In this document: in pieces, positions 19,336-30,132 of the stretch | Numbering within the stretch: the stretch's first letter is position 1 | How the letters are laid out: each line of letters opens with the position of its first letter | NCBI GenBank assembly: GCA_963842695.1 | Contig: CAWJHK010000006.1 | Coordinates: forward strand, 344,391-408,390 | Origin: an uncultured Chloroflexia bacterium | GTDB taxonomy: Bacteria; Chloroflexota; Limnocylindria; Limnocylindrales; CSP1-4 | DNA: 64,000 nucleotides | Reading direction: 5' to 3' | Made by a program: the position numbers and the translations under genes | Notes under the pieces: generated by a model | What the model was told of the DNA's origin: nothing | Database searches by the model: none | What the model saw: the letters and a program-made list of their open reading frames with translations, nothing else

Positions 19336-20625
19336 GTGAGCGTCGAGCCGGTCGCGCCCGCGACGCCACGACCCGCGGCGACCGTGGTCCTGCTCCGACC
19401 CGGACCCGCCGGGCTCGAGACGCTGCTGACGCACCGGCCGGCGTCGATGGCATTCGCCCCGGACGTCCACGTCTTCCCGGGCGGTCGCGTCGACGACGGG
19501 GACGCCGATCCTCGCCTCGCCGCCCGATCGGTCCTCACGCCGGCCGAGGCCGCGGCAGCGCTGGGGGGCGACCTGGAGCCGGATGCCGCGCTGGCGGCCC
19601 ACATCGCGGCGATCCGCGAGTCGCTCGAGGAAGCGGGGGTGCTGCTGGCGGACGTCGGGGCCGGCCAGGCGGATGCCGCACGCCGTGTCGCGGCCGCGCG
19701 GTCGGCGCTGCTCGCGGGATCGACGACCCTCGGTGAGATCGCCGCGGACCTCGATCTGCGGTTCCGGACCGACCGCCTGATCCCGCTGTCGCGGTGGGTG
19801 ACGCCGCCGACGATGCCGCGACGGTTCGATGCTCGATTCTTCGCCGCCGCCCTCCCCGAGGGCGCGGAGCCGACGTTCGAGGGCGGCGAGGTGGCCGCCC
19901 ACGCCTGGCTACGACCCGCGGACGCGCTCGCGGCGATGGCCGATGGACGGCTGGCGATGTGGCTGCCGACAAGCAGCACCCTCCAGCAGCTCGAGCATGC
20001 GTCGTCGATCGAGGACATCAATCGTCGGCTCCGTGCCGGCCGGCTCGGAACGATCGAGGTCGAAACGGCCGGAACCGGCGTCACGCGGATCGTCATGCCG
20101 GCTGGCGGCGGGGTCGCCGGCCAGCCCGTCTGCGCCTACCTGGTGGGCCGGGTGCGGCATGTCCTGATCGACCCCGGGGATCCGACCGGTCCCGGCCTTG
20201 AACTGGCGATCGCGATCGCGCGGGAGCGGGGCGGCTCGATCGAGGCGGTCGCGCTGACCCACGTCGACCCGGACCATGCCGCCGGAGCCGAGGCGGTCGC
20301 GGAGATGCTCGGGATCGAGGTGTTCGCCGGCCCGGGCGGCGGCCGTTCGCTCCCGTACCCGGTCCGCGAGCTCGATGACGGCGCGATCGTCCCGGCCGGC
20401 GACGTTCCGCTGCGGGCGGTCCACGCGCCCGGTCCGCGGCCGGACCACCTCGCCTTGATCGGGCCCGAGGGCGAGTGGCTGATCAGCGGCGATCTCGACG
20501 GCATCCGCGGTGCCCGATCCATCCCGGGACCGGTCGATCCTGAGGCGCTGGCTGCCTCGGTCGCCCGGGTCCGGCGCCTGGCGCCCGGGGCGCGCTGGCT
20601 GCCCGGGCACCCCGAAGCGACCTGA
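19336..20625 (+). CDS. NUDIX-like domain fused to an MBL-fold metallo-hydrolase
   Basis: The start is GTG. The N-terminal half has ...VFPGGRVDDGD...AAIRESLEEAGVLL. The C-terminal half has ...LIDPGD...ALTHVDPDHAAGAE...LPGHPE. The frame is intact. Confidence 0.7.
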   Translation: MSVEPVAPATPRPAATVVLLRPGPAGLETLLTHRPASMAFAPDVHVFPGGRVDDGDADPRLAARSVLTPAEAAAALGGDLEPDAALAAHIAAIRESLEEAGVLLADVGAGQADAARRVAAARSALLAGSTTLGEIAADLDLRFRTDRLIPLSRWVTPPTMPRRFDARFFAAALPEGAEPTFEGGEVAAHAWLRPADALAAMADGRLAMWLPTSSTLQQLEHASSIEDINRRLRAGRLGTIEVETAGTGVTRIVMPAGGGVAGQPVCAYLVGRVRHVLIDPGDPTGPGLELAIAIARERGGSIEAVALTHVDPDHAAGAEAVAEMLGIEVFAGPGGGRSLPYPVRELDDGAIVPAGDVPLRAVHAPGPRPDHLALIGPEGEWLISGDLDGIRGARSIPGPVDPEALAASVARVRRLAPGARWLPGHPEAT

Positions 20626-20631
20626 CGAGCG

Positions 20632-21234
20632 CTAGGCGCGATCGGTCGGCAGCGCTGCGGCGAGGTTGCGAAGGAAGTTGAGCCCCTCGTCGACCTGCTC
20701 GACCGGGGCATAGGGGCCCGGCATCAGGAAGCACGGCCGCCCGGCGAGCGCCACGCCCGGCAGCTGGCCCCAGGACTCCGCCAGCGGCCGGCCGGCCGAG
20801 ATCGAGGCCGCTCGCTTGTAGATGAACACCACCGCGGCCGGCCGCCAGATGGCGATCTTCTGCCAGAGCGGGCCGACCCCGGCCGTCAGGGCGGCGTCGG
20901 TCGCCTCGTCGCGCGCGGTCGGGACCTTGAGCAGGTCGGTGATCCCGTGGCCCACGGCGAGCAGGGCGTCGTCGGCGGCCTCGACCGAGGTCCCTGCGGG
21001 GATCACGCCGGCCGTCATCAGCCGCCCCCAGAACGACCGACCGAGGCGACCCTGGTGATAGTGCCCGGCGGTCACGCTGACCGGGGAGGGGTTGAGGCCG
21101 ACGAACAGCAGCCGGTCGCGGAGCGGCGGCAGGTCGGCCAGCGTTTCGACGTCGGCGCCGTCGACTCTGATCCGGGCGCGGTGCGGTCCGGGATCGGGCC
21201 GGCGAGTGAGCTCGGCCAGCTCGTCGGGGTTCAT
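20632..21234 (-). CDS. uracil-DNA glycosylase superfamily protein (Mug/TDG-like)
   Basis: The product reads ...DRLLFVGLNPSPVS...GHYHQG...FWGRL... and ...CFLMPGPY, which resemble UDG-superfamily motifs A and B. The subfamily is uncertain. Confidence 0.6.
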   Translation of the reverse strand: MNPDELAELTRRPDPGPHRARIRVDGADVETLADLPPLRDRLLFVGLNPSPVSVTAGHYHQGRLGRSFWGRLMTAGVIPAGTSVEAADDALLAVGHGITDLLKVPTARDEATDAALTAGVGPLWQKIAIWRPAAVVFIYKRAASISAGRPLAESWGQLPGVALAGRPCFLMPGPYAPVEQVDEGLNFLRNLAAALPTDRA

Positions 21235-21286
21235 CGCGATGGGCCGTCGTGGATCGCGCGCGGATCGCGGACGGCTGCCTCGACCG

Positions 21287-21496
21287 TCAGCTCGGCCGGT
21301 CGGCGTCGGGATCGGCCGCGGCGCCGTCGTCCGATGTCCGGGCCTGGATCTCCGCCTGGGCCTTGGCCGCCTCGGTCTTCGCCTCCTTGACGCCGCGGCC
21401 GAACGCCTCGCCGAGCTTCGGCAGCGTCTTCGGTCCCCGCCACAGGACGACGAGGACGAGGATGATCACGAGCGGGATCAGGAGGTCGGCACCCAC
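21287..21496 (-). CDS. tatA: twin-arginine translocase subunit TatA/E
   Basis: GTG 21496 starts VGADLLIPLVIILVLVVLWRGPKTLPKLGEAFGRGVKEAKTEAAKAQAE... (69 aa). The longer ORF 21287..21841 has a non-protein-like N-terminus. Confidence 0.8.
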   Translation of the reverse strand: MGADLLIPLVIILVLVVLWRGPKTLPKLGEAFGRGVKEAKTEAAKAQAEIQARTSDDGAAADPDADRPS

Positions 21497-21502
21497 GGAC
21501 GG

Positions 21503-21508
21503 ATGGTA
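21503..21508 (-). promoter_or_regulatory. -10 box TACCAT, 6 nt before the tatA GTG (leaderless candidate)
   Basis: The minus strand reads ggTACCATccgtccGTG. Confidence 0.45.
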
Positions 21509-21576
21509 CCCCGCACGTGGACGGTGTGAAGCGAGTGACCGATCCGGCCGAGGATCGCCGCTCGCCGATGCTCCCG

Positions 21577-21975
21577 TCAGCGTGGGCGGCGGGCGACCGG
21601 GATGACGAGGCGGATCGAGGTGTGGGTCGGCGAGAACGCAGCCACCTTGTTGTCGACCAGCCCGGCCGCCCTGGCCGCCTCCATGACCTCGACATCGCGG
21701 AGCGTGGCCGCCTTTCCCTTTCGTGACACGACCCAGATGGCGCCCGCCGGGCGGATGCGACCGGCCAGCGCCTCCAGCGGGGTCAGCGCCCCCACGTCGT
21801 CGGCCCCGAGCAGCACGACGTCCGTGTCGGGCTCGGGCCATCCCTCCGTCAGATCGGTCGTTCGCTCACCGACCAGGGCCCGGATCTCCGGGTCGTCGAC
21901 GTCGATGATCGCGACACGCATCCCCGGGCGGATGCCGAGCTTGTCGAGCAGCGGCGTGGTGTAGACGCGTTCCAT
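21577..21975 (-). CDS. DUF3052-family protein
   Basis: The product reads MERVYTTPLLDKLGIRPGMRVAII...DVVLLGA...IRPAGAIWVVSRKGKAATLRDVEVMEAARAAGLVDNKVAAFSPTHTSIRLV. This is the typical DUF3052 pattern as I remember it. Confidence 0.7.
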   Translation of the reverse strand: MERVYTTPLLDKLGIRPGMRVAIIDVDDPEIRALVGERTTDLTEGWPEPDTDVVLLGADDVGALTPLEALAGRIRPAGAIWVVSRKGKAATLRDVEVMEAARAAGLVDNKVAAFSPTHTSIRLVIPVARRPR

Positions 21976-21981
21976 GGCCGG

Positions 21982-21987
21982 TATCGT
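21982..21987 (+). promoter_or_regulatory. -10 box TATCGT, 7 nt before GTG 21995 (leaderless candidate)
   Basis: The sequence is ggTATCGTgccacgcGTG. Using this start removes the start-codon overlap (CCATGG at 21973-21976) with the divergent DUF3052 gene. Confidence 0.4.
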
Positions 21988-21994
21988 GCCACGC

Positions 21995-23878
21995 GTGCTG
22001 CTCGTGTTCGGTCCGCGCTCGGCGACCTACGACTTCGGGCCGGGACACCCGCTGACCCCGCGCCGGTTCGGCCCCGGGATCGACCTCCTCCGTGCGGTCG
22101 GTGCGGAGCCGGGCCTCGCGCCCGAGCCGGCAGCCGACGACGAGCTCCTGTGGTCCCACTCGCGCCGCTACCTCGATGCCGTCAAGCGGTTCTCGAGCGA
22201 TCCATTCGGGCCGCCGGATGCCGGCATCGGCGAGGGTGGCGACGATCCGCCCTTCGCCGGCATGCATGAGGCCGCGGCGGCCGTCGCCGGTGGCTCCCTC
22301 CGGGCGCTCGAGGCGGTCCTCCGCGGCGACGTCGAGCACGCCTTCCACCCGGGTGGTGGCCTCCACCACGCGATGCGGGACCGCGCCTCGGGCTTCTGCA
22401 TCTACGACGACCCGGCGCTCGCGATCGCCCGGGCGCGGCGCGAGGGGCTCCGCGTCCTGTACATCGACCTCGACGTCCACCACGCCGACGGCGTCCAGGC
22501 GATCCACTGGGACGACCCCGGCGTGCTGACCCTGTCCGTCCACGAGACGGGCCGGTACCTGTTCCCCGGGACGGGCGGGATCGACGAGCTGGGGGAGGGG
22601 AGCGCGGCCGGCACGGCGGTCAACGTGCCGCTCGAGCCGTACACGGGCGAGACAGCCTGGCTGGCCGCGGTCCGCCAGCTCCTCCCCGAAGTGGCCGCCG
22701 CGTTCGGGCCCGATCTCATCGTGTCGCAGCATGGCGCCGATTCGCACGCGTGGGACCCGCTCGCCCATCTGCGCTTGACCACGACCGCGATGGGCGAGGC
22801 GGCCCGGCTCGTCGATCGCCTCGCCCATCGTCATGCTGGCGGCCGGTGGCTGGCCACGGGCGGCGGCGGCTACGACGTCTACCGCGTCGTCCCGCGGTCG
22901 TGGAGCCTGGTCTGGCTGGCCGGCGCGCATCGGGACGTGCCGGACGCGACGCCTGCGGCGTGGCGAGAACGCTGGCAGGACGAGGGCGCGCGCTACGGCC
23001 AGGCGCCGCTGCCGGCGACCTTCTCCGACCCGCCGAACGCCGGGATCGAGACGGACGCTTCGCAGGCCGCGGCCGAATCACGTTCGATGGACACAGCCGC
23101 CCTCGTCCGGCGGCTCGTCGTCCCGCGGCTGTTGCGGGTGGCGCGGGATCGTGGCTGGTGGGACCCGCTCGAGCCGGCGTCGCCCGGCGCAGGATCCGAT
23201 GGCAGCACCGCGTCGACACACGGCGCCGAACGGCCGGTCGTCCTGCCGGCGGTCGACGCGGCCGGGTGGTCGCGGCTCACGCTGGCCGACCGGGTCGTTC
23301 CGCCCGCCGATGCGGGGTCGGGCCATGCCCTGGTCCTGGCCGCCGTCCGCGACGGGGCGATCGTCTCGGCCGCCGTCGACGGCACGCGCGTGGTCGGCGC
23401 TTGCGATCGCCGGTCCGGCGGACGAGCCGGCTCGCCGCGAGCTGCTGGCGCTCGGCGTCGCCCCGGGCTTCCGTCGTCGCGGTCTTGCCGCGGCCGTGCT
23501 CGAGGCGATGGTCACCGCCGAGCGCCAAGGGGCGAGACCGGCCGCGTCGCCGAGGTCACGCTTGCGGAGCGGGATCCGTTCGAGCCGCTCGACCGAGCCG
23601 TCCGCGCGTCGATCGCGGAGCGTCTCCTCGCGCGCGCCGGGTTCCGCGCCGTCACCGGCCGACGCCGAGGTCCGGCGTGCGGACCCGGCGGCGCTCCGTG
23701 CCGAGCGATCGGCCGCGGCTCGGGGCCTGACCGCGGGATCCGTCGCCGTCGCGATGCCCGGGCGGCGACGGATCCAGCCGGCCTGGACGGTCAGCTCGTC
23801 GGCGCTCCCGCTGGTTGCGTCCCCTGGCCCGCGATCGTGCCCGGTCGCCATGGCGTTCCGAGCAGCGGCAGCAGGTAG
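21995..23878 (+). pseudogene. AcuC-type histone-deacetylase-family protein fused to a C-terminal GNAT-like domain; at least 2 frame breaks in the C-terminal third; 3' end uncertain
   Basis: The HDAC core is intact: ...HPGGGLHHAMRDRASGFCIYDD...LYIDLDVHHADGVQ...SVHE...GGGGY. Downstream, LAIAGPADEPARRELLALGVAPGFRRRGLAAAVLEAMV (GNAT motif A) is in a second frame. AEVTLAERDPFEPLDRAVRASIAERLLARAGFRAV is back in the first frame. The breaks are near 23400 and 23530. The true stop lies somewhere in 23700-23880. Confidence 0.7.
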
Positions 23879-24558
23879 CGGTCGACGCCGTAGTAGCCGG
23901 CGACCTTCCACGCGAGCATCAGCCCGATCGCGAGCGTGAACAGGACCGGGTTCGTCGACGCCGAGCCCGCCAGCAGGAATGACATGTTCATCAACGCCCC
24001 GAAGAAGGCCGCGAAGCCGGTCAGCATCCCGATGAGGAGCCCGATCCCGACGGCCATCTCACCGAACGTGATGACATACGACATCCAGCTCGCCGCGCCG
24101 TTGTCGAGCAGCATCTGGATGAAGCTGCGGTACCAGTCGTAGGTGATCGGCGGACGACCGCCCTCGGGCACCGCGACCGCGTTCGTCCAGAAGCCGGTCA
24201 GGGCCTTGCCGGCGTCGGCGCCGACCCAGGCCGGATCCGTGAACTTGTGCCAGCCTGCCTCGAGCCACGAGAAGCCGACGAAGAGGCGGACCGGCAGCCA
24301 GAACAGCCCGGCCCGTGAGTTGCCGAACAGGAACCGGGTGAAGGCCGGACCCTCGATCTCGATGGTCTCCCCGCCCGGCTCCCGGCGCATCTGGAACAGG
24401 ATCACGAGCAGGGCGATGAACGAGATCCAGAAGCCGGCCGTGACGATCTGGTTGAGGGTGGAATCGGGTTCCGGGTTGAACCAGGGATTGATGAGGTAGA
24501 GCAGCAGGACCGCCGAGATCGCTCCGACGATCGAGGCAACGTTGCGACTGCTTGTCAT
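23791..24558 (-). CDS. DoxX-family membrane protein
   Basis: The internal ATG at 24558 (MTSSRNVASIVGAISAVLLLY...) follows GGAAGGGA. The product has multiple hydrophobic helices and reads ...RLFVGFSWLEAGWHK...ITFGEMAVGIGLLIG... Confidence 0.7.
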   Translation of the reverse strand: MTSSRNVASIVGAISAVLLLYLINPWFNPEPDSTLNQIVTAGFWISFIALLVILFQMRREPGGETIEIEGPAFTRFLFGNSRAGLFWLPVRLFVGFSWLEAGWHKFTDPAWVGADAGKALTGFWTNAVAVPEGGRPPITYDWYRSFIQMLLDNGAASWMSYVITFGEMAVGIGLLIGMLTGFAAFFGALMNMSFLLAGSASTNPVLFTLAIGLMLAWKVAGYYGVDRYLLPLLGTPWRPGTIAGQGTQPAGAPTS

Positions 24559-24695
24559 GGTCCCTTCCCTTCGTGGTGGGCAGCCCTTCGGATCCACCCC
24601 GGATCCAGCGGGCGCGGGGTCGGGCGGCTGAGTGGCGTGGGAGGTCGGACCGTCGGTGCGGTTCCGAACATCCGGTCGAAACACCTCACCCGCCC

Positions 24696-24701
24696 TATAC
24701 T
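24696..24701 (+). promoter_or_regulatory. -10 box TATACT, 8 nt before GTG 24710 (leaderless lhr candidate)
   Basis: The sequence is ccCTATACTcgtcgcccGTG. Confidence 0.45.
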
Positions 24702-24709
24702 CGTCGCCC

Positions 24710-27700
24710 GTGGCTTCGACGTCCCGAGCTCCTGCGACGGCACCTCCGAGCGACGCCCTTGCGGCCTTCTCGCCGGCCGTCCGCGCCTGGTTCGAGAGCA
24801 GCTTCGCCGCGCCGACCCCTGCGCAGGCCGCCGGCTGGGCGGCCATCACACGGGGAAACCATACGCTCATCCACGCGCCGACTGGAAGCGGCAAGACGCT
24901 GGCCGCGTTCCTGTGGTGCCTGGACCGGCTGGCCGACCCACCCGCGCCCGGCACCCACGCGCGAGGCTCCGGGACAGGTGCGCGTCCTCTACGTCTCACC
25001 GCTCAAGGCCCTGACCTACGACATCGAGCGGAACCTTCGGGCGCCGCTCACGGGGATCGCCCTGGCGGCCAGCCGCCTCGGTGTCGAGCCGCCGGTCATC
25101 ACGGTCGCCAGCCGGACCGGCGACACCTCGGCCGAGGACCGTCGCCAGATCGTCCGTCATCCGCCCGACATCCTCATCACCACGCCCGAATCCCTGTACC
25201 TGATGCTGACCTCGGCCGCCCGCGAGTCGCTCCGCGGCGTCGAGCACGTGATCGTCGACGAGGTCCATGCGATCGCGGGGTCGAAGCGTGGCGCACACCT
25301 CGCGCTCAGCCTCGAACGCCTTGGGGCGCTGCAGGCGCCGCGCGACGACGGCCGGACGATGCAGCGGATCGGGCTGTCCGCCACGCAACGGCCGCTCGAC
25401 ACGATCGCCCGCTTCCTGGGCGGGATCGGACCCGATCGCGAGGTCACGATCGTCGACGCCGGCGCACGCAAGCCGCTCGAGCTCGAGGTCGTCGTGCCCG
25501 TCGACGACATGGCCGCCATCGGCGAGCTCCTGCCCCCCGACGAGCAGCCCGGCGGACCGGCCACCAGCCCGGACCTGCGGACGAGCATCTGGCCGGCCAT
25601 CCACCCGCGGATCCTCGAGCTCATCCGCAGCCACCACAGCACGATCGTGTTCACCAACAGCCGGCGGCTGTCCGAGCGGCTGGCACAGCGCCTCAACGAG
25701 CTGGCCGGAGAGGACATCGTCCGCGCCCACCACGGCAGCATCGCCCGGGAGCAGCGTCTCGAGATCGAGGAGGAGCTGAAGGCCGGCCGGCTCCCCGCGC
25801 TGGTCGCAACGTCCAGCCTCGAGCTCGGCATCGACATGGGTGCCGTCGACCTCGTCATCCAGGTCGAGAGCCCGACCAGCGTCGCCCGCGGCCTGCAGCG
25901 GATCGGCCGGGCCGGCCACCAGGTCGGTGCCCCGAGCAAGGGCGTCATCTTCCCCAAGTACCGGGGCGATCTCCTCGAGTGCGCGGTGGTCACCCGACGC
26001 ATGCACGAGGGCGCCATCGAGGCCACCGCGATCCCGCGCAATCCGCTCGATGTGCTGGCCCAGCAGCTCGTGGCGATGACGGTCATGGATCGCTGGACCG
26101 TGGACGAGCTGCTGGCCGTGGCCACCGGCGCCGCGCCGTACGAGACGCTCACCCGGGAGGTCCTCGAGGGCGTCCTCGGCATGCTGGCCGGTGCCTACCC
26201 GTCGGACGAGTTCGCCGAGCTCAAGCCACGGGTCGTCTGGGACCGGGTGACCGACACGGTCGAGGGCCGGCGCGATGCCCGCGTGGTGGCCGTGACGAGC
26301 GGCGGCACGATCCCGGATCGCGGCCTGTTCGGCGTGTTCATGGCCGGGGAGGCCGGCACGCCCGGCCGGCGGGTCGGGGAGCTCGACGAAGAGATGGTCT
26401 ATGAGCTCCGGGCCGGGATGCACGGCGACGTCATCATCCTGGGCGCCAGCAGCTGGCGGGTCGACGAGATCGGCCGTGACCGGGTCACGGTCACCCCGGC
26501 ACCCGGCGTGCCGGGCAAGCTCCCGTTCTGGAAGGGCGACGCGGTCGGGCGCCCGATCGAGCTCGGCCGGGCCATGGGCGCGTTCGTCGCCGAGCTCGAG
26601 GCGGACCTCGCGCGCGGCGAGCGCGGCCGGGCCCACGGCCACCAACCGCCTGCGCGAGTCGCACGACCTCGACGAGCGGGCGGCGGCCAACCTGCTCGCG
26701 TACCTCGACGACGAGCGCGAGGTCGTTGGCGCACTGCCGACCGACCGGCGGATCGTCGTCGAGCGGTTCCGGGATGAGCTCGGCGACTGGCGGCTGTGCC
26801 TGCTGACCCCGTTCGGTGGCCGGGTCCACGCGCCGTGGTCGCTGGCCCTCGAGGCGCGGATCGGCGAGCGGCTCGGCCTCGAGGTCCAGACGATCTGGTC
26901 CGACGACGGCATCGCCATCCGGCTGCCCGAGGGGGACGCGCCGATCGACGGCATCGACGCCCTCCTGTTCCCGGAGGCGGACGAGGTCGAGGACCTGGTC
27001 GTCGGGTCGCTGGCGAGCTCGGCGATGTTCGCCAGCCGGTTCCGCGAGAACGCGGCCCGGGCCCTCCTGCTGCCACGCCGCCGGCCCGGGACCCGAACGC
27101 CGCTCTGGCAGCAGCGCCAGCGCGCGGCGGACCTGCTGGCGGTCGCCTCGCGCTACGGCTCGTTCCCGATCCTGGTCGAGACGTACCGCGAGTGCCTGTC
27201 CGACGTGTTCGACCTCCCGGCGCTCCGCGAGATCCTTGCCGGTGTCGCCCGGCGCGACATCGCCGTCCACGGCGTCGAGACGGCCAAGGCCTCGCCGTTC
27301 GCGGCGAGCCTGATGTTCGACTATGTCGCGGCATACATGTACGAGGGCGACACCCCGATCGCCGAGCGACGGGCAGGTGCGCTCACCCTCGACCGCGACC
27401 TGCTCCGCGAGCTGCTCGGCCAGGAGGAGCTGCGGGAGCTCCTCGACCCCGATGCCCTGGCCGACCTCGAGCTCAGCCTCCAGGCCCTCAGCGAGGACCG
27501 CCGGGCGACGACCGTCGACGGCGTCCACGACCTCCTCCGACGACTGGGCGACCTGACCACGGCCGAGGTGGCCGCCCGGACCGAGGGTGGGCTGGCGGCC
27601 GCCGTCCCGTGGCTGGAGGACCTCGCCGCGGCGCGCCGCACGGTCCGCACCCGCATCGCGAGCGACGAGCGCTGGCTCGCCATCGAGGACGTCGCCCGCT

Positions 27701-29310
27701 ACCGCGACGCGGTCGGGATCGCGCCGCCGGTCGGGGTCCCGGCGGCCTTCCTCGGTCCGACGACCGGCGCGCTCGACGGCCTGCTGGCGCGCTGGGCGCG
27801 CACCCACGGGCCGTTCCTGACGCCGGAGCCCGCCCGCCGGTGGGGCCTGCCGGCGGGCGTCGTCCAGGACGGCCTCGAGCGCCTCCTCGCCAATGGGTCG
27901 CTCCTGCGCGGTGAGTTCCGGCCGGGTGGTGCGGAGCGGGAGTGGTGCGACCCGGAGGTCCTCCGCCTGCTCCGGCGCAGATCGCTGGCCCGCCTCCGGC
28001 GCGAGGTCGAGCCGGTCGATCCGTCGGCGCTCGGGCGGTTCCTGCCCGACTGGCAGGGCGTGGTGCCGGCCGGGGCCGGCCGGCCTGCCCTCCGCGGCAG
28101 CGCGGCCCTCGAGCGGCTGGCCGAGGTCGTCGACCAGCTGGCCGGGCTGCCGATCCCGGCGTCGGTCCTGGAGCGCGACGTGCTCCCGGCACGGATCCCG
28201 GGCTACCAGCCGCGGCTCCTCGACGAGCTGGGGTCGCTCGGAGAGGTCGCCTGGGTCGGGCGAGGCAGCCTCGGCCGTGACGACGGACGCATCGCCCTCG
28301 TCCGTCCGGGCCGCGAGGCGCTCCGACCGACCGGCTCGCTCGATGCCGGGCCGCCCCCGGACGAGGCGCTCCACCGTGCGCTGCGTGAGCACCTCGGGAT
28401 GCGGGGCGCGTCGTTCTACCGCGACCTGTTCGCCGCCTCGGGCGGCCGGACAGACCGCGAGGTGCTCGACGCGCTGTGGGACCTTGTGTGGGCCGGGGAG
28501 GTCACGAACGACACGTTCGCGCCGCTGCGTGCCCTGCGCTGGAAGCGGACGGGGGGCAGCAGTCGTCGGCCCGGGGGACGACCGGGACGGCTGACCGCGC
28601 TCGGTCCGCCCGAGGCGGCAGGCCGTTGGTCGCTGGTCGCCCCGGCGGCCGCCGTCGACCGCGCGTTTGCCACGGAACGGCTCCACGCCCAGAGCCTCGC
28701 CCTGCTCGAGCGGCACGGCGTGCTGACCCGGGAGGCGGTCGTCTCGGAAGGCATCGACGGCGGCTTCTCCGGCGTCTACCCCGTGCTCCGCGCCCTCGAG
28801 GAGGCCGGTCGGATCCGGCGCGGCTACTTCGTCGACGGTCTCGGTGCAGCGCAGTTCGCGCTGGCCGGGGCGATCGACCGTCTGCGGGCGCTGCGTGACC
28901 CGGCCGATCCGCAATCGTCGGGCACGGTCCAGCTGCTCGCGGCGGCGGATCCGGCAAACCCGTATGGAGCCGCCCTCAGCTGGCCGCGCCGGGGCGAGAA
29001 CGACCGGAGACCGCTCCAGCGGGCGGCCGGCGCTTACGTCGTGCTCATCGACGGCGTCGCCGCGCTCTACCTCGAGCGTGGCGGAGCGACGCTCCAGACC
29101 CTCCCGGCCGCCGACGACCGCGCGGTCGGCGTCGTCGCCGCACGCGCGCTCGCGGGGCTGGTCGCCGACGGCCGGGTCCGCGAGCTCGTCATCCGCAAGG
29201 TCGACGGAGAAGCCGTGGGTGCGTCGCCGTTCCGGACCGTCCTGCTCGACGCCGGCTTCGTGGCCGGCTATCGCGGTCTCGTGCTGCGCTCGCCACGAGC
29301 GGGCACCTGA
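24710..29310 (+). pseudogene. lhr: Lhr-type large ATP-dependent DEAD/DEAH-box helicase (about 1530 aa); 2 frame breaks
   Basis: The helicase motifs are ...LIHAPTGSGKTLAAF..., ...VLYVSPLKAL..., ...VIVDEVHAIAGSKRG..., ...GLSATQ... and ...HHGSIAREQR...ATSSLELGIDMG...QRIGRAGH. A long Lhr C-terminal region runs to ...GYRGLVLRSPRAGT. The breaks are near 24970 and 26635. Confidence 0.9.
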
Positions 29311-30132
29311 GTGCCCGAGGGCGACACCCTCTACCGGACCGCCGCCGGCCTTCGCCCGCACCTGGTCGGCCGGCGCGTGACCGCCGCCCGGTCGCAGGGC
29401 CCGGGCGCCGTCCCGCAGGTCGACCGGGTCGTCGGGGCCGAGGTGACCGCAGTGGAGGCCCTCGGCAAGAACCTCCTGATCCGCCTCGACAACGGCCTCG
29501 AGATCCGGACGCACCTCCGGATGAACGGATCGTGGCATCGCTACCGGCCTGGTGAGCGCTGGCGGCGTCCGGCAGGCCGGGCGCGGCTGGTGCTCGAGGT
29601 CCCCGGCGCCGTGGCGGTCTGCTTCGATGCGCCGGTCGTCGAGCTGCTCGAGCAGCGGACCGAAGCGCTCCACCCATCGCTCGGCGCTCTTGGCCCCGAC
29701 CTCCTGTCGGCGGACTTCGACGCCGCCGAGGCGCTCCGCCGTCTGGCCGACCCGTCGCGCGCCGCCACATCGATCGGCGAGGCGCTGCTCGACCAGCGGG
29801 TCATGGCCGGGGTCGGCAACGTCTACCGCAGCGAGATTCTGTGGATCGCGCGGGTCTCGCCATTCCTCCCGGTCGTCCAGGTCGACACGGACGCGCGCAC
29901 CCGACTGGTCGCCGAGGCCCGGCGGCTCCTGCTCGCGAACGCGACCCGGAGCCACGGACCGGCGCGCACCACGACGGCCGGCGATCGGGGAGCGCCGGGG
30001 CCGCTGTACGTCTACCGTCGCACGGGCCGGCCGTGCCGCCGCTGCTCGACGCCGATCGCGAGCGCACGGCTCGGCCGGGAGCTGCCCCGTGCCGTCTACT
30101 GGTGCCCGGCGTGCCAGGACGCCCAGCCGTGA
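29311..30132 (+). CDS. nei: Fpg/Nei-family DNA glycosylase (endonuclease VIII-like)
   Basis: GTG lies immediately after the lhr stop. The product starts MPEGDTLYRTA... (Pro2), contains ...LLDQRVMAGVGNVYRSE... and has a C-terminal zinc finger CRRC...CPAC. Confidence 0.85.
   Translation: MPEGDTLYRTAAGLRPHLVGRRVTAARSQGPGAVPQVDRVVGAEVTAVEALGKNLLIRLDNGLEIRTHLRMNGSWHRYRPGERWRRPAGRARLVLEVPGAVAVCFDAPVVELLEQRTEALHPSLGALGPDLLSADFDAAEALRRLADPSRAATSIGEALLDQRVMAGVGNVYRSEILWIARVSPFLPVVQVDTDARTRLVAEARRLLLANATRSHGPARTTTAGDRGAPGPLYVYRRTGRPCRRCSTPIASARLGRELPRAVYWCPACQDAQP

Noticed and set aside
17209-19902. 897-aa minus-strand ORF
   Set aside because: It is antisense to the intact DUF255 thioredoxin-domain gene and the NUDIX-MBL gene. 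It shows no motifs, so it is a shadow ORF. The same reasoning applies to 8664..10892 (antisense to ligD), 44763..47249 (antisense to M20/RidA), 223..1497 and 5609..6934.
26491-29955. 1154-aa minus-strand ORF
   Set aside because: It is antisense to lhr and nei. The composition is Arg/Pro/Gly-rich and non-protein-like, so it is a GC-rich shadow ORF.
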